A stretch of 63,881 nucleotides of DNA, filler included, from Collodictyon triciliatum (Eukaryota), in NCBI GenBank assembly GCA_043381765.1. It is 15 parts of 15 records of this genome, joined end to end, with 100 filler letters (N's around TTAATTAATTAA, not from the genome) between each part and the next. Parts side by side here need not be neighbours in the genome. Positions count along the whole stretch, not along the records: positions 1 to 4,357 come from JBHJMP010006198.1; positions 4,458 to 8,814 come from JBHJMP010006199.1; positions 8,915 to 13,270 come from JBHJMP010006200.1; 12 more parts are not named here. One strand, written 5' to 3'. Shown one piece after another: positions 1 through 10,128 of this stretch. Position numbers and translations under genes: made by a program. The first letter of the stretch is position 1; each line of letters opens with the position of its first letter. The notes under the pieces were generated by a model. The model saw nothing but the letters and a program-made list of their open reading frames with translations, searched no databases and was not told where the DNA came from.

Positions 1-2
1 GC

Positions 3-3000
3 ATGGATTTCAGAGGGATTCAAATTCCAAATGCCGACATGTCACAGTCTGTTGCTGATGGTGCTGACTTCACTGGTGCCAACTTGGAGGGTGTTTTGTT
101 CTATAATGCGTGTATTTCAAACTGTGTTTTTGATGGAGCGAATATGAAAGGCGTTAATTTTGGTTGCTCGCCACTGTTTTTGGGACATACAGAGCCAGTC
201 TTCAGTGTTTGCAGTATTCAAGGACCGAATGGTGAAAATTGGCTGGCTTCTGGAAGTATGGATAATACGATACGTATTTGGGATGTAGCCACAGGAAACC
301 AAATCAAAACATTAGAGGGTCATAAAGAGCCAGTCATGAGTGTTTGCAGTATTCAAGGACCGAATGATGAAAATTGGCTGGCTTCTGGAAGTGTTGATAA
401 AACAATACGTATTTGGGATGTAGTTACTGAAAGCCAAATCAAAAGATTAGAAGGTCATACAGATGTTGTCAATAGTGTTTGCAGTATTCAAGGACCGAAT
501 GGTGAGAATTGGCTGGCTTCTGGAAGTTATGATAAAACAATACGTATTTGGGATGTAGCCACAGGAAACCAAATCAAAGAGTTAGAAGGTCTTATAGGAT
601 GTGCCAGGAGTGTATGCAGTATTCAAGGACCGAATGGTGAAAATTGGTTGGCTTCTGGAAGTGGTGATAGAATACGTATTGGGGATGTAGTCACAGGAAA
701 CCAAATCAAAACATTAGAAGGTCATACAAATTATGTCGAAAGTGTTTTCAGTATTCAAGGACCGAATGGTGAAAATTGGCTGGCTTCTGGAAGTGTTGAT
801 AAAACAATACGTATTTGGGATGTAGCCTCAGGAAACCAAATCAAAACATTAGAAGGTCATACAAATTATGTCAGGATTGTATGCAGTATTCAAGGACCGA
901 ATGGTGAAAATTGGTTGGCCTCTGGAAGTGAAGATAAAACAATACGTATTTGGGATGTGGCCACAGGAAACCAAATCAAAACATTATATGGTCATGAAGC
1001 TACTGTTGTAAGTGTTTGCAGTATTCAAGGACTGAATGGTGAAAAGTGGCTGGCTTCTGGAAGTGAAGATAAAACAATACGTATTTGGGATACAGCCACA
1101 GGAAACCAAATCAAAAGATTAGAAGGTCATGCAAATAAAGTCACAAGTTTTTGCAGTATTCAAGGACCGAAAGGTGAAAATTGGTTGGCTTCTGGAAGTG
1201 ATGATGATAATCCCTTTGATAGAAATAATGATAATACTACAATACGTATTTGGGATGTAGCCACAGGAAACCAAATCAAAACATTAGAGGGTCATAGAGA
1301 GCCAGTCACTAGTGTTTGCAGTATTCAAGGACCTAGTGGTGAAAATTGGCTGGCTTCTGGAAGTGAAGATAAAACAGTACGTATTTGGGATGTAGCCACA
1401 GGAATTCAAATCAAAAAATTGGAAGGACATACAAAACCTGTCATGAGTGTTTGCAGTATTCAAGGACCGAATGATGAAAAGTGGTTGGCCTCTGGAAGTA
1501 AGGATCGGAGACTATGTATTTGGGATGTAGCCACAGGAAACCAAAGAAAAATATTAGAAGGACATATGCATATCGTCATGAGTGTTTGCAGTATTCAAGG
1601 ACCGAATGGTGAAAAGTGGTTGGCCTCTGGAAGTGTAGATAAAACAGTACGTATTTGGGATGTAATCACAGGAAACGAAATCAAAATATTAGAAGGTCAT
1701 ATAAGTTCTGTCAGTAGTGTTTGCAGTATTCAAGGACCAAATGGTGAAAATTGGTTGGCTTCTGGAAGTTATGATAAAACAATATGTATTTGGGATGTAG
1801 CCGCAGGGAACCAAATCAAAACATTAGAAGAGCATACAGATTATGTCACTAGTGTTTGTACTATTCAAGGACTGAATGGTGAAAACTGGCTTGCTTCTGG
1901 AAGCCGTGATAATACAATACGTATTTGGGATGTAGCCGAAGGAAAACAAATCAAAACATTAGAAGGTCATACAGGTGAAATCAACAGTGTTTGCAGTATT
2001 CAAGGACCGAATGGTGAAAATTGGTTGGCTTCTGGAAGTAATGATAAAATAATACGTATTTGGGGTGTAGCCCCAGGAAACCAAATACATAGCCTGCAAA
2101 AATCAGAAATGACCAACAGTGATAAGGTCTATTTGGTCATGAAAGATAAACCAGAAGAATTCATTGCGATATTCAATGAAACAAGTGATGTGATGAACAT
2201 GATTGATACAAACAGAATAATGAATGTGAGAACTGTTCGAATTATCGGCCCAAGAACTGTTGAAGCTGTTAATACTCGTATCAATAGAGCTGAACTGGGT
2301 GCAATGAACAAGAAACTATTCCTGCAAGAAGGTGCTGTTTCCTTTGATGCGGAATTTGTTTCCTATTGTGAGCAGGGTAAGTTCACCATGTTTCAGGCTC
2401 AAATGACGGCTGAGTGCTATGAGAATGGATGGGGTGTTGAAAAGGTCACTAAAAAAGCAGCTGAATGGTTTGGAATAGCTAAGAAATTTGACAAACTGAA
2501 GCAACTTGCGCAACAACGCTCAAAAGAGGCATTCGATGTTTTGAATGAAATGACTGAAATGAAGGATGAATATAGGGAATACAAATATCCACAGGCTGTT
2601 TCTATTGTTGCTGAATGTTATGAGAATGGATAGGGTGTTGAGAAGGACACTTTACTGTCTCTTAAATGGGAAATATTCAGTGGAAAAGCTGAAAACTTTG
2701 ACACATTGAAGCAACTCGCACAACAAGGCTCAAAAGAGGCATTCAATGTTTTGAAAGAGATGGCTGAAATGGAGGATAGGATATACATATATCCACAGGC
2801 TGTTTCTATTATTGCTGAATGCTATGAGAATGGATGGGTTGTTGAAAGGGACACTGTATCATCTCTTAAATGGGAAATATTTGGTGGAAAGACTGAAAAC
2901 TTTGAAAAACTGAAGGAACTCGCACAACAAGGCTCAAATGATGCATTCAATGTTTTGAAAGAGATGGCTGAAAGAAATGATAGGAGATACATATATACAC

Positions 3001-4357
3001 CAGCTGTTTTTATTGTTGCTGAATGCTATGAGAATGGATGGGGTGTTGAGAAGGACATCACATTATCTTTCAAATGGGAAATATTTGGTGGAAAGACTGA
3101 AAACTTTGAAAAACTGAAGGAACTCGCACAACAAGGCTCAAACGATGCATTCAATGTTTTGAAAGAGATGGCTGAAATTGAAGACGAAAAATATTGCGGA
3201 TACGAAAATCAACCAGCTGTTTCCATTGTTGCTGAATGTTATGAGAATGGATGGGGTGTTGATAAGGACACCGAGAGGGCTATCGAATGGTTTGGAAAAG
3301 CTAAAAACTTTGACAAATTGAAGCAACTCGCACAACAAGGCTCAAAGGAGGCATTCAATGTCTTGAAAGAAATGACTGAAATGGAATATGGAGATGGCAA
3401 ATACAAATATCCACGTGCTGTTTCTATTGTTGCTGAATGCTATGAGAATGGATGGGGTGTTGAAAAGGACACTGTATCATCTCTTAAATGGGAAATATTC
3501 AGTGGAAAAGCTGAAAACTTTGACAAATTGAAGCAACTCGCACAACAAGGCTCAAAAGAGGCATTCAATGTCTTGAAAGAAATGGCTGAAATGAAGGATA
3601 ATGTTGGGAGATGGGACGAAAAATACAAATATCCACAGGTTGATTCTATTATTGCTGAATGCTATGAGAATGGATGGGGTGTTGAAAAGGACACCGAGAA
3701 AGCAATTGAGTGGGGTCTATTGGCTCTGAAAGCAGCTCAAAACTTTAACAGGCTGAAGCAACTTGCACAACAAGGCTCAAATGATGCATTCAATGTCTTG
3801 AAAGAAATAGCTGAAACAAAGGAATATGGAAGGTACAAATATCCGCAGGCTGTCTCTATTGTTGCTGAATGCTATGAGAATGGATGGGGTGTTGAGAAGG
3901 ACATCGAGAAAGCTGCTGCATTGTTTGGAAAAGCTGAAAACTTTGACAAATTGAAGCAACTTGCACAACAAGGCTCAAAGGAGGCATTTAATGTTTTGAA
4001 AGAAATGACCGAAATGAAGTATAAATATGGCGGATACATATATATACAGGCTGTTTCTATTGTTGCTGAATGCTATGAGAATGGATGGGGTGTTGAGAAG
4101 GACACTGCATCATCTCTTAAATGGGAAATATTCAGTGGAAAAGCTGAAAACTTTGACAAATTGAAGCAACTCGCACAACAAGGCTCAAAGGAGGCATTCA
4201 ATATTTTGAAAGAAATGGCTGATATGAAATATGATTGGAATGAAAAACACAAATATCCACAGGCTGTTTCTATTGTTGCTGAATGCTATGAGAATGGATG
4301 GGGTGTTGAGAAGGACACTGCATCATCTCTTAAATGGGAAATATTCAGTGGAAAAGC
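3..4357 (+). CDS. Pentapeptide-repeat + 14x WD40 + Sel1-like repeat protein (C-terminal part of a probable NACHT/STAND-type receptor); partial at both ends, one in-frame TAG at 2631-2633
   Basis: ORFs 3..2633 and 2706..4409 are in the same frame and separated only by TAG where every other repeat has TGG (YENG-W-GVEKD). Pentapeptide repeats at ~3-165 (DFRGIQIPNADMSQSVADGADFTGANL). 14 WD40 units of mostly 45 aa at ~183-2085 (GH..V.SVCSIQGPNGENWLASGS.D.TIRIWD). Cap motif NTRINRAELGAMNKKLFLQEGAV. Ten AECYENGWGVEKD Sel1-like units. Confidence 0.85.
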
Positions 4358-4457
4358 NNNNNNNNNNNNNNNNNNNNNNNNNNNNNNNNNNNNNNNNNNN
4401 NTTAATTAATTAANNNNNNNNNNNNNNNNNNNNNNNNNNNNNNNNNNNNNNNNNNNN
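4358..4457. other. Artificial contig-joining spacer N44-TTAATTAATTAA-N44 (first of 14)
   Basis: Identical 100-bp spacers at 4358, 8815, 13271, 17727, 22182, 26636, 31089, 35538, 39986, 44431, 48875, 53317, 57759 and 62200. TTAATTAATTAA gives stops in all six frames. Contig lengths fall from 4357 to 4341 bp. Confidence 0.98.
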
Positions 4458-4940
4458 CATTCATACATACATTCATACATACATTCATACATACATTCAT
4501 ACATACATTCATACATTCATTCATACATACATACATACATACATACATACATACATAGATACATAGATACATAGATACATACATACATACATACATAGAT
4601 ACATAGATACATAGATACATAGATACATAGATACATAGATACATACATACATACATTCATACATACATACATACATACATTCATACATACATTCATACAT
4701 TCATACATACATTCATACATACATACATAGATACATAGATACATAGATACATACATACATACATACATACATACATACATACATACATACATACATACAT
4801 ACATACATACATACATACATACATACATACATACATACATAGATACATAGATACATACATAGATACATACATAGATACATACATAGATACATACATAGAT
4901 ACATACTCACATACATACACACATACATACACACATACAC
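4458..4940. repeat. (CATA/GATA)n tetranucleotide microsatellite
   Basis: Read directly from the sequence; it generates the spurious MYVC ORFs. Confidence 0.97.
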
Positions 4941-5249
4941 AGCAGAAAACACATAATGATAAATAATTGCATTTTTTTGGGAAATATAAGCATATGTTAA
5001 ATAAACAATAGATGGAGGAGTTAAAAATAATTAAATACTGATAATAAAACGAGAAACCATAAGTACGTCAAGACTTATGTCAATGTTTAGCAAAGTGCAA
5101 ATTACCAGCATATTTTCATGAATGATTTCAGTGTCACGAAATAACATAATCTGACACAAACATAATATATTTTTTTTTCACTATTTAGTTCATATGGTTG
5201 TTTATTTTATTTCTTTCCTTAAAAGCTTGTCTAGTCCATTCTTCGTTAC

Positions 5250-5475
5250 TCAGACCCTGTGAGAAGAGACATGTGGAAAGAAACTGAAAAAAAGAAATTA
5301 AGTCTCGCTTTACCTCTCATGCAGGCACAAGACACAGGCTACAGACCAAACCGTGAGATGCAATTCCTGATCACCAACTACTTCACCAATCGGGTGCCAA
5401 TGAGTGCCCATATGAACAAAGGTTAGAAAACCGAGGATAAAAACTCTACCACCTTGTAGAAATAGAAAATAAAAC
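5250..5475 (+). mobile_element. Dispersed repeat family B, decayed 3' end of a probable non-LTR retrotransposon
   Basis: Aligns over ~200 bp with the reverse complement of 33268-33510 (shared CCCTGTGAGAAGAGACATGTGGAAA and GCAATTCCTGA). Its distal end aligns with the TSD-flanked insert at 16315-16364 and ends in an A-rich tail. Translation: DPVRRDMWK...YRPNREMQFLITNYFTNRVP. Confidence 0.7.
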
Positions 5476-5644
5476 AAGTTGAGGAAATGGCAGACAGAGA
5501 ACCTTGCATGCAGGCCCATCGTAAATCGTTCCATCCCGTAGCCAAGAAGCCCGCTAATGTATGAATCATTACAAACGAGCAGCGTTACCAACACATGGAA
5601 ACTTTGGTGTTCAAATTATGTTTTTGTTCAGTTGATTTTGCATG

Positions 5645-5975
5645 TTTTTTTTTCTATTTCTTCTACATGGTTTTGCACAATTACCAACTGCACACGCAGT
5701 TTTACCCAGTCCTGATTCAATCTTCTTGCAATCCATCATCGTTGTGGTGATAGGCGTGTTTGAATGAGGGTATATTATCGCCTCGGTTGTCATCCATTTG
5801 TCGTGAATTTCAATAAGTGAGCTTCTGCAGCCATGGACATTCCTTGATTTTCCGCTTTCTTTTATATGGCATTTTTTAAGATTTTCATAATAACTGGGCT
5901 TTTGTATGCTTGTGATTTGATATCATCGTATACGAGAATGTCACGAGTTTTGTATAATTCATATGTATCCTCCAT
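5645..5975 (-). mobile_element. Decayed non-LTR retroelement 3' end, probably related to family B
   Basis: Minus strand ends GTAGAAGAAATAGA-A8, like the tail of the 5250 copy. Frameshifted remnant ...KECPW / GCRSSLIEIHDKWMTTEAI resembles KWLATKANIF of family B. Confidence 0.35.
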
Positions 5976-6179
5976 CAGACATGATGCTTTAGTGGCAGCA
6001 ACGAATTAAGAATCATACACAAGTTGAGAAAAATGTGCGAAGACCAACGCGATAACCCAAGTACAGCTGATATGTGACGTGTGGGTGTGTAGAATGACTC
6101 CTCTGGTTTAGATAGTCGCTCTTTGACAATAAACATACTAACAATGAAGCAAGAAAGGAGCGACGCTTTTTGCGTATAA

Positions 6180-6550
6180 AAAGAAAAGATAAGGAAGGAA
6201 AAAAAAAAAGAAAAGAAGGAACTGAAAATGAAGAGAAAAACGAAAGGAAAAGACAACCAAACCGAAAGATGAAAGAAAAATGAAAAGAAACATATAGAAA
6301 ACGAAAAAAAAATAAAGTAAACTAATAAAAAACGAAAACGAAAAAAGGAAGAGGAAAAGGAAGAGAAAAAAGGAAGAGGAAAATGAAGAGAAAAACGAAA
6401 GGAAAAGAAAACCAAAGAAGAAAGGAAAAGGAAAAGGAAAAGGAAAAGGAAAAGGAAAAGGAAAAGGAAAAGGAAAAGATAAACAAAAACGAAAACAAAA
6501 ACAAAAACGAAGAAAGGAAACAAATATAGAAAAAGGAGAAGGAGAAGGAA
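6180..6550. repeat. Purine-rich low-complexity tract with (GGAAAA)n
   Basis: Read directly from the sequence. Confidence 0.9.
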
Positions 6551-6979
6551 ATATTCAATTCTTACTCTTTTCCATGATTTCGACGAGATCCTCAAAGGAC
6601 ACGGTGTGCTGCCGGCGATCGGCTCGAACAGTTGCTGGGAAAGCCCGAGGTTGGCTACACAGTCCACATCGGTTTCTTCTCCAGCGTATTTCACTGCGCA
6701 GTAAAGAGAGTATTTATGCTGCTGTTATTTGGGACTCTTCACAACACGCTTGCTTTGAAAACATATATGCAGCGTATCATTCTGCTTCGTCTCTGGCTTT
6801 CCTGCCTTGTGAGTTGCTGCGATTTCCTGTTTGATTGTGATCCTGCTTGATCGAAGAAATCGGTTTGATCTGGAAAGACTGAAGATTCATGGAAATACAG
6901 CGTATGCGGTGGACTGAGATTCGTTAGCTAAGGGTGGAAGTGCGTCTGCAACGCCACTAAATCTTCCATTTTTCTATTA

Positions 6980-8130
6980 TTTTTTTTAATTCTGGTTTTT
7001 GGATGAGTGTTTGCTAGCTCTTCGATTGGTCGATGCAATAGTGTTTACTTGGGATTGAGGACGGCGATGCATTCCCTATCAACATGGGCATCACAAGGAA
7101 GACCGATGGCTGCGTAACAGGCGCGGGCGGGAGGTTTCTTGATGAAGACTTGTGAATGGCAGTTATATGCTGTGTAAAGTTTTTGCCATTCCTGATTCCC
7201 AAGAACACAAGATACATCGGTAGAAAAATAATAAGGTATCAGATAGGCTATACGAGATAAATGATATACATGAAATGATTGCAAAGAATGAGATTTGGAT
7301 TCAATCTTTTCTGGTGATGGCATGTGTCAATAATCTATCCAGTGAATGATTATACATGGAACGGGGATTTTATTAATCGCAGCAAAGTCTTTGTGTCACG
7401 GAGAAGGACAGCGGTTTGACAGCATTTGCAAGAGACTATCTGCCAGTCTCCAGAATGACCTTCATATTCTCCAAACCAGGCTGAGTGCCTTTTGAATGGC
7501 GTGAAAGTGACTCGGCACAGTATACGCACACACAGATAGCCCAAATAGTATTCTATCATGATGAGGAGCTATATTGAAAAACAACATAAAGACATGTCTT
7601 TGGGCAATTGATTGTTTGTGATAAACCCTGGCGAGCTTGAGCTTTGGACATCGGCTGCAAGCTCCGTGTTCTGCTATGATGAACATATTTTCTTTCAGTT
7701 TGGCTTATTGAGTGAGGGTTTTTGTTGAGTTTGTGAGAAGTACTTTTGTGCAACGAGTTTTTCTTTCTGCATTTGATAAACAAGAAAGTGAAGGAGTGCT
7801 TGGTTGTGAAGTATCCACCGAGGGATTCATTCCGCTTTGCCCAGAGGCGAAGAGGAAGCCCTTTGCTGCGGTCGCTTGGCTAAGAATAATATGCGACTTT
7901 GTTATGCGCAAAAGTACTTTAGTTGAGAGAGAACTTGTGCAAGTATTGGGATGATACATTAACTTTAAGGGCCGATCGCTTTGGGGACAGATTCTGTGTG
8001 GATGATGTCCTTCGTAGGGCGTCTCTTTGGGAGTCAACCATTCCTTTGGCTGGGGCGGTGTTTTTTATTTTGTGAAAAGTCTGCTCACCCAACAAAAAAC
8101 ATATCTTTGAAATCAATAAGAATCCTATTG
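6980..8130 (-). mobile_element. Possible highly decayed LINE 3' region
   Basis: A-tract on the minus strand at ~6980. Broken-frame peptides LWAKRNESLGGYFTTKHSF and SCVLGNQEWQKLY...AAIGLP loosely resemble the zf-RVT region. Many stops; weak call. Confidence 0.25.
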
Positions 8131-8914
8131 TGCGGTGGTTTATACTGACGCCAAAACAATTCCAAAAATTACAACAAAATAATAACCAAAAAAACTATTG
8201 GAAAAGGAAAAGAAAAGATAAATGCTCAATAGAGTTTCCTTTCTTAAAAATAACGCTAGATAAACTGAAAGCAAAAGGGATTATGCTTGCAGCGCGCCAT
8301 CCTTGATTTGCGTACGAAAAAAAAAAAGAAATAAACTCTTCTTAAGCACAGAATAGAAAACAATAGTTACGTCCGCAGGCTATTGCTGTAAGTGAAAATA
8401 TCTTCGTGACTCTTCATCTATACATTCACTTTTTCTCTTCTATTTCTCTCTATCTTTTTGTTCTTCACTCCAATATCTTGCTAACACGTCGATACCAGGA
8501 AAAAGTGGCCATCAAGAGACCAAAAACAATCAAGCTGCCTGCAGAGAATGCTTCTTCCATTTGGTTGATACAGATACACCAAACGAATGTCATCAACAGG
8601 TCCTGAAATTGAGAAAAGCGTGACTATTCTTGTTCAGTTTATTGTTTTTTGCCTCATTCCTACATTATAAGACTCAATAGAAGTCACCAAGTCTCATCGA
8701 ACTTTTCAAATGTTGCTTATTCGACAGAGGCGACAAAGCAGCGATTGCAGCGTCGAGTGGGAAAGGTAGTAGAATCACGCAAATTATCATATCTGGCTTT
8801 CTTGTAGCATATTTNNNNNNNNNNNNNNNNNNNNNNNNNNNNNNNNNNNNNNNNNNNNTTAATTAATTAANNNNNNNNNNNNNNNNNNNNNNNNNNNNNN
8901 NNNNNNNNNNNNNN

Positions 8915-9350
8915 CATCACCGTTGCTGCAAAGTGTGCATTGTTGGGAGACTTTGCCAGCTTTTGCCGCGCGTGTGCCTATCCATAGCTCCCTATTGGTG
9001 ATATTAAGCATTAGAAAGCGATAGATGAAGGTTGTGTCGTTGGCATATTGCAGGAATCAGTTGTGGATTTTGTTGTTGTATCCCAAGTGGGTGCAAGATA
9101 ATTTGCAACAAACTTGAAGAGAAAGCCACGGCAGTAAGCAGCCTTGGTAGACGTTTGGTCATGTAACTTCTTGGTAAGTGTGGTGAACTTCGAGCAGGGT
9201 ACCTACTTTTGAAGAATAATTTCCAGAGCTTCGTGATTCACAAAGCCTCACGTTTCCTCGAGGTCGTAGCATATCATGATGCATAGGTCTTTATAGATTC
9301 GATATTTCCACCTTGACATTGTATTGAAACATCCACTCCAGGGCTGATTA
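8915..9350 (-). mobile_element. Degenerate, internally deleted non-LTR (LINE) reverse-transcriptase fragment
   Basis: Minus strand reads YKDLCIMICYDLEET*GFVNHEALEIILQK*VPCSKFTTLTKKLHDQTST (RT D..kAfD.V.H motif). It continues to FLQYANDTTFI (decayed YADD, 9036-9047), then directly to RFLMLNITNRELWIGTRAAKAGKVSQQCTLCSNGD (zf-RVT CxxC). Confidence 0.7.
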
Positions 9351-10128
9351 AATGGTTTTAACTGTTAACGCAGTTCTTCATATGTTTAATAGCCGAATAA
9401 ACACACATGAACCTTCAGTCAAGTAAAGAAAAAATGTAACATGTATAAGTATATGAATGATATAGGCACTAAAGTCTGCTATGAAATAAAGGCAAATATT
9501 GAAGAGAAACGTCATAAATCAGGGCTCATGGCTCGCAGAAAAGTCTAAAATGGGTGCATCGTGAGATTTTTTTATTTGAAAATACAAAGTTTGATAATAT
9601 CATCAAACATTCTGGAGAATCTGAAAAAAAAAAGCCTTTTTTTTGCATGATTCTTCTGTTACTTTTTTTTTTTTTTTTTTTTNNNNNNNNNNNNNNNNNN
9701 NNNNNNNNNNNNNNNNNNNNNNNNNNNNNNNNNNNNNNNNNNNNNNNNNNNNNNNNNNNNNNNNNNNNNNNNNNNNNNNNNNNNNNNNTTTTTTGCTGGA
9801 AAAAAGGGCCTGAGATATTTTAGAGAAAAATCTTTTGTAATCTAGTCCAAATCTTATCTTTATACTTTATTTTAATCATAGTGCAGTGCATTTTTAAACG
9901 ATTAAATTTTCAGAATTCCTCAAAAGTCGGATATGGCAATGATATTTTATCTGAATGTCGCCCTTCAGTTTATTTGGAAAATGTGAAGCATTCCTGACAC
10001 GCAAAGAAAAATTCCTTTCATCCAATATAAGTACGTATTACAATTCATCGTCCACCTTCTTCCTATAAGTTTTCATTTTGAATGTGGTTTTAGCGCAACA
10101 AACAGAAATAATCAAAGTACACTGTTTT

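Noticed and set aside
2631-2633. Genome-wide reassignment of TAG to an amino acid
   Set aside because: TAG terminates the RING gene at its natural end (36670-36672), and no other long ORF contains in-frame TAG.
4402-4952. ORFs MYVC..., poly-Y, poly-I, poly-F, RN/EI and FCFVL in the ORF track (also near 17369, 30712, 32857, 44187, 48919 and 57807)
   Set aside because: They are translations of microsatellites or N runs.
8497-8600. Kinase VAIK motif (EKVAIKR)
   Set aside because: No other kinase subdomains nearby.
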